64,000 bases of DNA from Octopus vulgaris (GCA_951406725.2 OX597825.1:54436001-54500000); one strand, 5' to 3'. Counted from the first letter of the stretch, positions 1 to 14,475 are shown. Numbers and translations are program-made. The notes: generated from the sequence alone by a model not told the origin.

Positions 1-141
1 TAAACATACATACATATAGGTATGTATGTATGTATGAATGCGTATATATGTTAATCCAATTCACTCTCTCGCTGTCTCTCTCTACCTCACTCATTCTCCC
101 GCCTCTCTGTCTATATTTATATGGATGTGCAGAAAATGTCT

Positions 142-418
<277 letters not shown>

Positions 419-668
419 TGAGAGAGAAAGAGATGGGAAGAGAGATGAGAGACAGATATTCTCAGTATAGAATTCACTTTGTAGTGCTCAAGAGGATTAA
501 ACTTGAGCAGGTAGAGGAAAAATATAAGGCTAAGCAAGCTAAGCATGCCGACATACAAAAACTTTAAATACTTTTAATACAAAAATGTACATATATTTTG
601 ATTTTAATCACATTTCTGTCAACAACTCCCAAATGTAAAACTTTTTTCTGTGACGACGGAGGCTAATA

Positions 669-738
669 TTATCTGATGATGGAAGCAATTTACAATCATT
701 ATTTTGGACCACCAAGCCCCCAGAAACAGCTGTTGGGA
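669..738 (+). ncRNA. Hammerhead-ribozyme-like motif (type I, palindromic stem III)
   Basis: CTGATGA (673-679); stem II TGGAAGC...GCCCCCA (680-686/716-722, two A.C mismatches); GAAA (723-726); palindrome A-CAGCTG-T; putative GUU site at 732-734; stem I weak. Confidence 0.6.
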
Positions 739-1254
739 ACGTAAAACTCTTATTCAACTCCTTTAATTCCTGTTATCATTTCTATTCTGTGTACGTCGAT
801 CCTTTTATATGTAAAATTTTTGTCTTTCGACTTGTTTAACTTGCTTATCCTTACGTTTACTCCTACATATACCTATAATCGATTAAACAAGCAGAAGATG
901 GAATTAATATAACTCTATAGTTTGTACCCCGATCCATTTGACCCATCCTGCGCCGATCTTTTATCGGCGGGATGCTGTGCATCATACTATGTTTCACCTA
1001 TTTTGCAGTCTGGTTCACATCAAACACTTTCATATTACTTTACGTATGAATGTACCTGATGCGACCCAGACTGCAAGGTTGATGCAACATAGTATGATGA
1101 TTGGCTTCCCTCCCATAAAGGACAGTCGCAGAATGGGTGGAAACGATCGTCCTAGAAAATAAAGAGTTATATTAATTCCATCTTCAGTTTACTTAATCGA
1201 TTATTATCTCCACACTAATTGACGTATACTAATTAGTCCAAAATATTACATATA

Positions 1255-1601
<347 letters not shown>

Positions 1602-2142
1602 AAAAAAAAAGATGAGTGAGAGAAAAACAATCAAACTAACAAATCATTAAACAAGCCAGACAGAAAAACAAAATGGTGGATAATCATCAAAGATATAGAA
1701 ACGAAATAAAACCAAAAATATATTGAAGAGCATAACAACAACACGATAAAACAAATTTGCAAAATATTTGAGATCTAGAAACAGATGGGAAAAAATTAGG
1801 TAAAAGGAAGAATGAAGATAAATACTTAAGAATATTGCTTGGAAGAGAAACAAAAGATTTTTATAGGAGAACAGAAGAATATGGAAATACTTTGACAGAA
1901 ATAGTTAAGATATACAAATTAGTAAACAATACTTATTTGTGTGACACACCATTGTGTTACACTTTGCAGCGTGCGTGTGTATGTGTATGTGTCTATGCGT
2001 TGCTGTGTGTGTATGTGCGCGTTTATGTGTGCGTATGCATGTCTGTTTCTGTGTGTAGGTATGTATATGATTATATTTCAACGTATGTGTGTATAAGCTT
2101 ATATGTATACATGATGTAGACACACATACATATATGTATATA

Positions 2143-2187
<45 letters not shown>

Positions 2188-2831
2188 GGGTTGTTCGTCT
2201 GTATGTAGGAATGTATGGATATATATATACTATATATACATACATGTATATATAACTATATATGTGTATATAAATATGCACACACACCGCGTATTTTCAC
2301 AGCCTATACAATTTCCGTATGCATTGGTGAAGCGATGATTATTATACACAAGTAGGTCAACATAAATAACAAATGCAACATGTTATGCCAAGAGCTCCCT
2401 ATTTTCTGTGCCATCTAAGACGCTCACAACTTAATCATTGACATTAAATAACTCTACACTCACGCTCAATTCTTCCTTAAATACTTGTTTCTCTATTTCG
2501 TCCATGTGATTGACAATGTATTGTTGAACGTTTGTTTCTGTGAGTGTGTGTGTGTGAGCGTGTGTGATTGTTTCCGTTTGTGCACACCATAGTTGCAGTA
2601 AGAATATGTAAGTTTCATCGGTTTAGACGAGGAGCATTTCAGTTGCTTCGCTAAATAAACTTATTCCATGCAATTTTTATGTGATATTATACAGAACACC
2701 ATACCTGGTTACTTTCGGTTAGTCATATTATGGATAGTCATAATCAGCATTACTAGCTTTTCTGTTTTACATACGCAAACACACATTCACACACACACAC
2801 ACACACAGATACATATGTATGTACATATTGT

Positions 2832-3068
2832 TTCTGTTACTTATTTCAGTCATTTGACCGGGGCCATGCTGGAGCACCGCCTTGATGGGTATTTTTAGTC
2901 GAAGAAATCAACACCAGGACTTTATACTTTATAAGACTGATACTTATTCTATCGACCACTTTTACTGAACCGATAGGATACGGGGGCGTAAACGCCCCAA
3001 CATTGGTTATCAAGCAATGGTGGGGAAAAAAGTAGAAACAAAGACATACACATAAATATATATATGTT

Positions 3069-3124
<56 letters not shown>

Positions 3125-3338
3125 GCATATACATATATATATATATATATACATATGTATAAATATGCATAAATATTTATATATATACATACACGATGGG
3201 TTTCTTTCAGTTTTTCTCAACCAAATTCACTCACAATGGTTTGATCGGCCCGTAGAATACACTTACCCAAGGTGCTACGCATTAGTACTGAACTCGAAAC
3301 CATATGGTTGGGTAGAAACTTTTTACCATGCCTGCGCC
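2832..3338 (-). mobile_element. SINE family A, near full length, diverged, with internal (TA)n expansion
   Basis: Reverse complement begins GGCGCAGGCATGGTAAAAAG and ends ...GGCGGTGCTCCAGCATGGCCCCGGTCAAATGACTGAAATAAG; colinear with 53680-54094. Confidence 0.9.
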
Positions 3339-3339
3339 A

Positions 3340-3522
3340 GTATCTGTCTGGGCGATTTTCCTTCTCCATCTTCCCTTCTTTGGACTTTTTCTATATTTCT
3401 GATGAAGAGCCCCGCTCGAAACGTGAACTCCCCTTTCTTTTCTTTCCTTTTCTGAGCTTATAATGACACAGTACTTGTTCTACGTCCTAGCGTTGTTTTT
3501 TCTTGCCTGTTCTTCTTTGGAT
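3340..3522 (+). mobile_element. Short pyrimidine-rich PLE-terminal-repeat-like element carrying a hammerhead-like motif
   Basis: Same layout as 18858/52791/54140: motif about 95 nt before a T-rich tail that ends in a microsatellite. Confidence 0.6.
3396..3428 (+). ncRNA. Minimal hammerhead-ribozyme-like motif
   Basis: TTT-CTGATGA-A-GAGC-CCC-GCTC-GAAA-CG-TG-AAC; canonical core and perfect 4-bp stem II, but G at the cleavage position (probably inactive). Confidence 0.7.
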
Positions 3523-6500
3523 TATCTATCTATCTACCTATCTATTTATCTATCTATCTATATATATATTTAACATTAACACTCTCAAACACTTATACAC
3601 ACAGATACACTCACTCGCACAGTGAGCTAATATGTCAAACTCATGTAGCTATATGCAAGTCAATATATCCATGCATCCATGTGTCTGTGCGTGTGCGAGT
3701 TAGTGTGTGTGTGAGTGTGTGTGTTTGAGTATGTGTGTGTGTGCAGAGAGAGATATAGATAGATAGAGATACAGACAGACATAAATGATGGACAGATAGA
3801 TAAATACATAGATATCTTTAAGAGCATGGTATGTGTGATATCTGCCTTTGTTTGGTGCGTGTTTGTGTGTGCGTATGTGTGTGTGTAGTATGTGTGTCAG
3901 TGTGTGATGTATGTGTGTATGCGTACTAAATGTGACCTAAATATGTCTACAGTTTTTCACCTGTGGGATTTGGAGTAAATTTCTACTTATGCACGCGTCT
4001 TGTATATCTTTAAAAAATTGAATTTTCTAATCTTAGTGGAATTATCTTGCTTACTACTTTAAATCCTAACACTCCCCGAGGGCGTCTTGCCTATTAATTG
4101 CATGGATAATCTCAGTTAACCAATGTTTTCTATCTCAAAATATGACAGATCTGACCCCCTTCCCCATCAATATTTACTACAGAAGATACTCAACTAAGCC
4201 ATATGTTTACGAAATATTTTCCTCAATCTTATTTTATCGTCTTAAAATTAATTTCGGTTTGAACTTTGACATGACATGAATAATACATTTTTGAACCATA
4301 ACTGCAATTTTGTCTGTCATCTTGTAAGTATAAGACTGAAGAACTGCAGCCATCGGCAGACTTTTATTATATCTGTTCAATTTTCAAAGTTGATTTTTCA
4401 CTATAGATTTCATGTCCATTGAGTCCAGCCGTGATAATCACAATAATTTACTATAGAACAGAAGAATATAGAAATTCTATTGACTTTTTGTATAATCCTG
4501 TTAGCGTGTTGTTAATATTTTGTACGCATTCAAAAATATTTCTCGAATTTAGTCTGTGACCAATTCTACTGATATAGTTTTGTTATTTAACTTTCCTTTG
4601 AGATCCCTACAGTAAAGTTGTATATGTTCTATTAGTATTTGAAATCAGCTCTAATCCTACGAGGAAACGGGACCACATATCATACACTTATGGTAACTGT
4701 GTTATCTAGGCAGTACTAGATTACTTTGTGTGTTCTACGGTAGAAGTTATGGATTAAATTTCAAAGCGTGGCATGCAAGAAAAATATTTTGTACAGCTTT
4801 TTGGTAATCCATAGTCTGAGTGAGTGAAATAGGGTAGATGGAGCATGTTTACAATCTGTACGGGTGGATATTACCTGTAATTCCAAAATGACTGTATCGC
4901 ACTGGTTCTTTCTGAGAATTATGGTGACGGTAGGTGTTCAGTCAGAGCACTGAACTATTTATATACTATTTCAACGAGCAGAAAATTCAGTTGATAGAAA
5001 AACCTAATCGTCGAATTACGATGTCCTACCACTGTCACCACCATCATTACCACCACCACTACCATCACAAGTACGTCTATACCAACATAGCTACCATACC
5101 ACCACCACATCATCACCTTCACACCACCATCATTAAATCACTACTATCACCAACATTACACCACTACTACCACCGTCACAATTCAAAGTCCGCCGAAATA
5201 CATTATTTATTTTGATTCGATATACCCCACTCTTTGAAATTCCTAGCTTGTACTCATTTTCTGTTTCATTGCCACAGATTTCATTATATGCTAAAATCCT
5301 TGCACATTTTCTGAAACAAATCAGGAACGTGTTCCCCACCTCCATCCACATCTCATCAATTATTTACCTGGGAATGACTAACCTCTTTGCAATATCTCCA
5401 ACTATTCATATATTATCGGTTGTTAGCAACAGACTAGATGTAACTGAATCAAAATGCCAACAACGAACTTAAATACTACCTTTCTTATAAGAAATTGTTA
5501 TTTCTAATTGTAGAATCGCAAACACGAACAATAGAGATTTATCAATAATAATTAATATCTATGTAGACATATCTCTGAAAAACTATGGCTTCTATCAACG
5601 GAATATATTCAATACTGACAATGTTTTTCTTTTTTTTTTTTCATTTTGAGATGTGATTGGAATTTGCTAAAATAAAACAAAAAAGCATAACTTATTCTAC
5701 GAACTTCTTTAGAAATTCTGTAGAAGCTTTTTTGTTTACATCGACAAACAGCCCATTTTATATGGAGTCCAGCGTCTCTGATTAGTTCTGAACAATGGGT
5801 ATGAAATTTCAGTCTAAAATTGAATTTGCACTCTATTTTGTGCCTATGAATATTTTATGTTGTTACAATCAATAGTATTCTTCCAGTTCGAAGAATAAAT
5901 GAATAAATAATATCTGTATTTGCAAGATGAGCGTATAAAAATATCAAATTATATAACGAACGAAAGATTGTTGGTTTCTCTTAAATAAGATGTCTTCCCT
6001 TGAGAGGAGCTGCTTTTAAAAGACGTGCTTGAAGAATATGTTCTTTTGAATGGCACTAAAAATAATAGTGCTCTACATTCATTTTGTAATAAGAAGGCGT
6101 GAAGTGTTTCTTGTATTTACACAAGAGTTACAACCAACTTCAATTCTGAACTATTCCGGGTGACCTCTAAGGTCATTAAATTGGTTGAACTCTTAACTAT
6201 ACACTTTCTAGAGTTATATTTTTATTTTAAATACCGTAACAGAGAACACGTCCAGACGAAAGTGGTAATTAAAGTTGATTCATTCTACTAGAGTCTAGAC
6301 AATAACGAAGCTATGGAAACTACGTCATACACAAGTCAATAATATTACATTCTTCTTAGAAATTTTGTTGCTTTCTTTTTTCTGTTTGCTTTTTGCCTTT
6401 ATTTGTTGCACTTCTCAATGAAATGCTGCAGTTTTGCTGCTGCAACTATTTACGATATATTTGCAATACTGTTAAGCATCAAGTGCGTTTATAGAATCGT

Positions 6501-6919
6501 AAGATCGATTCAGATACGATTCGCTACGTAGAGATTTCCATACTCAACGACGTTAATTTTGCTGTCATCCATAATAATTAATGGATTAACTGCAAAACAG
6601 TGATCTCCATACAATGGACTATATCGTTCCTACTCTTAGAAATCAGTAATGTTACGCAATATAAAAGATAGAATTGTGACATATTTGGTAAAGTGGCGGA
6701 AGAACGAATTACCTTGCGGTAAGTAATGTAACATTCTCTTCAGTTTAGATTACATATGATTCCGAGTTTGAGTTTTACTTCCATGCTCCTAAGATACTCT
6801 GGTTGATTCAATCGGATATAACGGTGAACTTCACGCTACGCAGTAAATAAACATTATTATATATCCAGATGATAGAATTTCCACAGTATTTCTTTCAGGT
6901 TAATATATACAACTAATGT

Positions 6920-7135
6920 AAGGTGGCGTGCTGACAGAATGGTTAACGCTTCGGGCAAAGTGTTTAGTGGCATTTCGTCTGTCCTTATGTTCTGAGTTCA
7001 AATTCTACCGGGATCCAGTCTGCCTTTCAACCTCTCGGGGTCGATAAAATTAGTACTATTAAAATACTGGGTTGACGTAATCGACTTAAATACTTCCCCG
7101 AAAGTTCTGACCTTGTGCCAATATTTGAAACCAAT
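6920..7135 (+). mobile_element. SINE family B (monomer); a second 5' fragment follows at about 7160-7245
   Basis: GGTGGCGTGCTGACAGAATGGTTAAC head, B-box-like GAGTTCAAATTC, body GCCTTTCAACCTCTCGGGGTCGATAAA; matches 42664 and 63451. Confidence 0.88.
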
Positions 7136-7309
7136 ATATATACCTAATTTAGTAACATATTGACAGAATCGTTAGTACGCGGGGCAAAATGCTACGTAGC
7201 GTTTTGTTCGTCTTTACGTTCTGAATTCAAATTCCACCAAAATTGTGCCAATATGTGTAATCATCATCATCATTGTTATCATTATTATCATAATTATTTT
7301 CATTAGCAT

Positions 7310-7930
7310 CTTCTTTCAGTTCTGCTTCCATTTCTTACCGAGTGTCTTCCTGATACCGATGGCAGTGAAATGTACTGTATACATCGGTAGGCCAGCAGTA
7401 CATGCCATCAACCTGAGACTGGAGAGCTAGTATGCGAAACCCAATATGCCCATCATGACTACTCGTCTCATAAGTGGACACCAGACACATTCATCACAAC
7501 CATATGTGCGCAACATGGTGATCAATAATAAACAGCGCATGACCTTTTAGATGGGCCCAATAAGAATTTTCTTCAGGCTGAGTAGCCAAGCCCGCTCTTA
7601 AGGTCCCCGAATAAGGCTTGTTTAAAGATATTGAACAAAACACACGTTTCCAGAGGTAAATTATCAAGACCCAAAGATTTCCTCTCAATGCATGGTTATG
7701 ATGCTCTCCTACAATTTCTGCTCGTATTCAGAGACACACATATTGTCAGCCACTAAGGGACATGCTCAAATTCTTATGGTCAAGCAATTGACAAGTCAAT
7801 CTGGGGTTTTGGGCAAAATATTTGCTGTCTTTTATGCCAAGACAACACAAGGTACGTAATAACTCTTCCTGTCAGTTAAGATCAACATGCAGAAGGGCTA
7901 GCCAGTACCTGGTATTACATCAGGGCATTT
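7310..7930 (-). mobile_element. (TAA)n-embedded ~600-bp non-coding element (family C), long-tail variant
   Basis: 7393-7930 is colinear with 24445-25000; flanked by (ATT)n-type tracts on both sides; strand assigned so that the tail reads (AAT)n. Confidence 0.85.
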
Positions 7931-7947
7931 ATTATTATTATTATTAA

Positions 7948-8037
<90 letters not shown>

Positions 8038-8098
8038 CAGTGACAATGACAACTGCAGCAGAAGTTCTATCTGGCCTATTGTGGTGGTGGTGGTGGTG

Positions 8099-8140
<42 letters not shown>

Positions 8141-8158
8141 ATAATAATAATAATAATA
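7931..8158. repeat. (ATT)n plus (TGG)n(TAG)n(TAA)n trinucleotide arrays
   Basis: Directly visible. Confidence 0.95.
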
Positions 8159-8277
8159 CAGTCCCAAATGTTGAAAAAGTCAATATGAGAAGTATAGAAA
8201 ATAGCAAAATACCAGGACCTAGCTATTGAATTACAGGGGCTATGGATAGTGCAAGTAAAATGTAAGCCTGTAGTTTG
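8159..8277 (+). mobile_element. Decayed R4/Dong-clade LINE fragment (restriction-like endonuclease C-terminus)
   Basis: Translates VPNVEKVNMR / (frameshift) KIAKYQDLAIELQGLWIVQVKCKPVV, fitting the K..KY.DL..E...LW......PVV(IGALG) motif; starts directly after (TAA)n. Confidence 0.8.
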
Positions 8278-8647
8278 AAAGATTGTTAAAAATGTCGGTT
8301 TGAAAGTTTGTTAAGATATTAAGATATTTTTCTATTTTTCTTAACATGAAACGATAGTAGCCTTAATTCACAAACCTAGAAATTCTGTCCACCAATACGG
8401 AGTTGAGTACTCATTTTCATCGTTCGACGTTCACGTGTATATGAATATATGTGTGTGTTCAGCCCTGTGTGGCTAACAAAGAAACACACACACACACACA
8501 CACACACACGCATATATATATGTATGTAGGTATGTATGCATATGTGTGTATGTGAGTACAAAAACACATACCTACGTACATACATACATACATACATACA
8601 TACATACATACATACATACATACATACATACATACATACATACATAC

Positions 8648-8760
8648 AAACCGACCCTTTTCTTCATGTTGAAATTCCAATAAAGGAACCTTGGATATAG
8701 GTTAGAAACCGGCTCTTTCTCTATTGGCAAGGAATCTTGAAATAAAACTAAATAATGACA
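8648..8760 (+). mobile_element. Short element inside (TACA)n with a degenerate hammerhead-like motif
   Basis: CCAATAA-AGG-AACCT-TGGATAT-AGGTT-A-GAAA-CCGG at about 8677-8712: perfect 5-bp stem and palindromic CCGG, non-canonical core; (TACA)n on both flanks. Confidence 0.5.
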
Positions 8761-9827
8761 CACATACGTACATGTATGCATGCATACATGCATGCATATC
8801 GATATCAATGATAAATCATAGTCAATGCTTCATCTGGTGGGATATATATTAGAAATGTTAAACGTTAACAGATATGTTTTTCTCCTTTTGATCGTTGTCT
8901 GATGACGTCAGGATAGAAATATGATCAGATCAACATGGTGATTTGACGCAGCTGTGACCTCATCAATATTATTAACAACTTTACATGCATACCAATTCTT
9001 AGTGTTGTATTGATTTCTTCAGTATATAAAATCTGATAAAGATATATATTTATTCATCACTAGAATTACACAACACAAGTTGTAGACTGTGATTATGAAT
9101 TTGATCCTAGAAGGGAAATAAGCCCATAAAAAAGATCAAAAATTAATCAGATGTTATACGCCATCGTCTGGTTTCTTATATAATATTTCATCATAACTTA
9201 AAAAAACATTTTTCTCCTAAGTTGGTTGATGTTTAACAAAAAACAATATTGATTTATAACTTGGTTATGGAACCAAATATATTTTGCGTAGGACAGACAA
9301 ATAACCGGACCCTAATAATATCGTTATGTATATATATATATATATATATACAAGCGAGAAAGGGGGACAGACAGAGACAGACAGACAGAGATACAGAGAC
9401 AGACAGACAGGCAGACAGATAGAGAGACAAAGATATAGATTGGTAGATAGATATATATAGATAGATAGAAAAAGATAGATAGATAGATAGATAAATGCAT
9501 CGCGAGTTTACAGTGTGGACGACTACTACGTTGTGAGTGAGATCTCCCGTACATTATCATTATCCACTTAGTATGGGTATCAGTCTATCACTGTACTCGT
9601 ACTTAGTAGCGATACAAGGCATGATATACTGATCACATGTAGGAGAAAATCAAAATAAACACAAATTAAAAGTTATTAGTTCCTACGTACGTTTCACCAT
9701 TGCAACTATTTGATTTTCCTAGTGCATTTGGATGCCTGAATGCATTGGATTATCAGAGGAACACTTATTGTATTCTGTAACTGAGATTTAGTACTTAAAT
9801 ATTAGATGTCTGTAATAGAAGGCAATA

Positions 9828-9859
<32 letters not shown>

Positions 9860-12417
9860 GTATATATATGGCATGGTTTGGAAAGCTTCTTAAGTGTTGG
9901 GACGAAATATGATTAGGTGCTACACACCCAGGTTTCCGTGAGGATGTTCAAAACCTTTTCATTACCTGCCACCAAACAAATTAGTGGATGCGCTTGCATC
10001 TCTTGCACTCCATTTTTCCGGGGCTACAATGACGGCATATTTACCTTATAGTATGTGCGAACTACTATATATGCTATACGGAAAGAGATTTTGATATATT
10101 GTACGACTTGAATGCCGTATTTATAGCTGCTCATCGTTCCATTAATACCGATGTTCATTAACTACATCAGCTATTGGCTACTTATTAAAAACGCGATTTA
10201 TTAAATGGTTTGGTTTATATTTGGCGATAGTCGGTACACTTAGTATTCTTGTTACACATATAGATAACATCTGTCATTGCCGTCCGGCATTTCATCCTGT
10301 TAATCAATGCATGACACAATGTAGCTTGTGGTCCTTTGTGTGTGGCAGCGTAAGATATCTGCAACAGTAATTAAGAGCGTCGCAAACTTTTTACCCGCAA
10401 AACAAAGACCAGTGTGATGTATGCCTGTGTGTCGTGGCTTGCTTGGGACCGGCATGCAATAGTCTTACATGCTGCTCCATTACATTAAAGAGGTAATACA
10501 TTCGCTTTCGTTTTTGTTATCAAAATGACATGCAAAATGAGATGATGCTATTTGAGCAAACAAGTCCGACATCAACGTCTTTGTTGAATGTAATTGTTAT
10601 TGTCCGTATTGTCACTGTTGCTTATAGCTTATTGAGAGCAAGGAAGGGAAAAGCCATGATTTTTATCGCAGGTAATCAGAGATTAGTACAAGATATAGAG
10701 TTTCCAGTAAGAGCTCACGCTTTATTCTTAGAGTGGAAACCTGCTCGCAACGATTGTAGCAGAGTGAAGGAAGCATTTGGGGATGTTAAACAGAGCGAAA
10801 TATTAATTTTAGTTCGATCCCACAATTTCGTAGTGGTTTTATGGAAGATATTGGGACGGAATGAAATAGTAACAAAGAAATGGCTTGAACCTGAAAAGGA
10901 ACAGTGTGAAACAAAATGCAAGAAAGCATTTATTTCCGGTTCCTGCAAATCACTTTCCCTGCCACTCTTCTCTTATGAATGCTAAACCGAAGATTATATT
11001 GAATTCCTGGAATCGACATAATAAATATTGCAATTATTTTATAGGTTCTTAGACCATTGTGACGTATTCAGAAATCTAAAAAGGAATCAATCAAATGCCT
11101 TTCATACTGAATCAGAATAGAAATGATTGCTTGGCTGCAGTGCTGACTCCAAGTATATGACCGATGCTTATAAAGAGATACACATATGAAAAATGCCGGT
11201 GTGAACCTTTAGAATAAATAATAAGCAATAACTATAGTGTTTATCAAGAGGCAGAGGCTAAATTACTGGAATATGAAGGAAAGATGTGGCAGATCATTCA
11301 ACTTATCTCCATATTTCTTGCCTTTGAAACTGAACATAAAATGAAGCAAACGTTTACCTCAGAAAAATTTCATATCACATCATTATTTGGGACTGAAAAG
11401 TTATGCATGAATTTGCGATAAGAAAGCTCCATAAACCTTCCTTTTATAGTCGTAAATCTTAAATGAGGACAATGCTAGTGGAAAACTGATTATATTTCCT
11501 TGAAGGATATTTATTAGGAAGAGGTACTTTCGGCAACAATCGATAAAAATTGCATTTTCTAACATTTGACACAAAATCATTAGGACACTGTTTAATTAAC
11601 ATTTTACGGCAGATACCCGGTTTTCATTCGCAGGATGGAAAATATGTTACATTGAGGTTTTGTATGACGGGAATAATATTACGAAACATTGTGACACTGA
11701 GAAGCAATGATATATGGTAGCAATATATTGTATATAAGGAAAATACAGGAAACTTTTAGCAATTAAAATGTTATCGAAGACCCAATGCAAATGTGTGTAA
11801 AGGGCTTATACAGGGAACTATAGAAAGTAGTATTAATAGATACTATTGTGTGGACAGTGGCCCTTATTAAACAATGTAATCAGCTACCATTATGTGGTAA
11901 TCAGCCACCATTCAAGTCCTGGAGTCAATGAAATTGCTGGCGTTGTGATTAAATCAAAATTCAATTTTGTGCGCCATTTTTTATTCATTCCTCAACAACT
12001 AAGAAAGAGGATTCAAAATATCAAAAGTGTTTACTCACTCGAGCTTTTCACATAAAATGGAATTAACCAAATTGAGTATTGTTTGTAATTACTGAACTTA
12101 AAAATAATTATATTGCTATTTAAGGTTAATCAAGTAAACTGTTTGTTAATTAGGCCTATTTCTGTGTTAAATTAGAACCTGTATTTTTTTTATATTACTC
12201 TAACCAGATTTGAATACACTATTCATATGCTCTCTATATTGATATCACTATTTTTATTATGACGATTTATCAATCATTTGGTTGCTAAAGAACAAGGAAA
12301 TACGCTGTCGTAACACTCCTTCTATATTGATAGTTATAAACAGCAGGTATGAAGAGAACTTGTTTGAAGTCAAAATCAGAATTTTACAAGGCAAAAATGT
12401 GTAACGCCATCTTTAAA

Positions 12418-12515
12418 TGTTAAATAAGTGAAAAAAAGACCTTCGACATTTGCGCAGGCGCTCCCAGGGAAGAGACTGAAGAAGTTTATAATGCAAGTCA
12501 TGTATATCTTTCCGA
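12418..12515 (+). repeat. ~97-bp dispersed duplication, copy 1 (copy 2 at 14656-14754)
   Basis: AAAAAAGACC(T/A)TCGACATTT..GCAGGCGCTCCCAGGGA.GAGACTGAAGA.GTTTATAATGCAAG is shared. Confidence 0.9.
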
Positions 12516-13111
12516 AAAAAACTTTTAGGCAAAGACAGAAAAGAGGATCTTATTCAAATGCCTTTAGAAGATTGGAATTACTGTTGATAAAACGAATTTT
12601 GAAATGATATATGAAAGAAAAAGAATCGAGAAACACGAAAGAATAGCATCTTCCTTAGGATCGGATCCGAAGGTAATGTGTTTTTAAATCTCCAAATTAG
12701 TGCGATACTTCGAAAACAGTGACATCATTGCACAAAGCCTTGTTCTTGATTTGGTTGCAGTTTGGCAACTAGATGGCACTCATCTAGAAATTTTAAGATT
12801 AAAGACACTACTGACAGGGTGGTAATAGTAACTCATCGGAATACATGAGTCTATACACAAGCGCAAAGGTGCACACTCTCATAAATATATGTAGGTATGC
12901 ATACATATATACCCATATATATAGACACATGTGTACACACATATACATATATATATATACACACATATATATGTATGTGTGTATATATATATATATATTT
13001 ATACATATATATGCATATACATATATATGTATTTATGCATATACTTATACACACATGCATACGCACAAATAATACGTATGTACATACATGTCTGTGAGTG
13101 TGTGTATGTGT

Positions 13112-13260
13112 GTATAAAACAGAACTGAAACAACAAAAGTACAAGAGACGCGTACAGTTGATAACGTTTTGGACAATATCATTATTCAGATTCTTGCGGG
13201 AAGTCCAAGAGAAATTGGGAAGAGAAGGAAAATAAAAATATACAAAAGATACTTGATCAT
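13112..13260 (-). mobile_element. Decayed PLE-terminal-repeat-like element with hammerhead remnant (13160-13193)
   Basis: Minus strand GAAT-CTGAATA-A-TGAT-ATT-GTCC-AAAA-CG-TT-ATC resembles the 42045/44239 motif; T-rich tail into (CA)n. Confidence 0.45.
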
Positions 13261-14475
13261 ATACAAAATTATAAAAGTATACCACGCAACTGTATTTCTT
13301 AATATATTTCATGTATTTTGCCATTATGTTTCAAGTGCAGAACTGACGCGATGCAGAAAGAAACCACGTTAAGAACATAGGTGACATTTTATAGTTAAAT
13401 AATATACCAGTGGAAATTGAACGATAACCCATTCATAATTTCAGACATAATATTTTCGAGGGCTAATGGAACCAATCGAATCCAATTGATTCTCACAACA
13501 CACCTAAGCACGCATAATCACACATAAACACACACACACGCAATACATACTCAGGCACACACAAAAACACACGCCTCACGCACACGCGCACTTATACATA
13601 CATGCTTGTGTGCATGTGTGCGTGCGTGTGTGTGTGTTTCTCTCTGAGTGTGTGTGTGTGTGTGTGTACATATATAAAGCACATACCAAAACATGCGCAT
13701 CAGGAACCAAAGATCGATTCGATAGCCAAATTACCAAACCTAAATGAAAATTAAAAAAAAAAAGGAATGTTAACCGATTTTCCTTGGCGAAGGAAGTGCA
13801 TTATTGTATTATTATGCTTTTGAAGCAGAATAAATAGGCTGCACTTTACATGAGGGATTATACAGAAATGTTTAATGTTCACGGCTTGACGGCTTGAATT
13901 TATTTCCGAACGTTCGTTTTCGATTCACTTTCTTCTGTTACAATCTACTTTGGTATTGGGTAACATGAAACTATTTACACGACTGACTGATGGAAAGCAC
14001 ACACGTACACACACACACAGACACACACACACATACACACTCACACACACATATATATATATGTGTGTGTGTATGTATGGTGTGTATATATATATATATC
14101 AACAAGAAGGAAGGTACGTACTTACGTACTTACAGGCCTACAAGCAACTTAAATCTATACAGATATACATACACATACACACACACAAACACACATGGTG
14201 ATGTGTGTGTGCGTATTGAAGTCTGGTACTCATATTCCAATAGTCCTCTACCAGGTATTCACTGAAGTAGAATTAGTCGATCATAATGCATCAATAGTTG
14301 AGCTTCAATTTATATATTAACTTAGCTTACACAGAAACAAATACCGGTATATAAGAGCCAGCGAGCCAGATCTATATAGCAGCCAACACTTGGCTACGGA
14401 TTTAAAATAACACGAGTGATCATTTCATATGCGAATCCATGTGCATCTCTGTTGAGACGTTCGTGGGTGAGTGTT

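Noticed and set aside
4335-4368. CTGAAGA-A-CTGC...GCAG stem
   Set aside because: No GAAA or stem III follows the stem.
8893-8936. CTGATGA...GAAA hammerhead-like words
   Set aside because: Stem II cannot form with a viable loop, and the core itself pairs with downstream ATCAGA.
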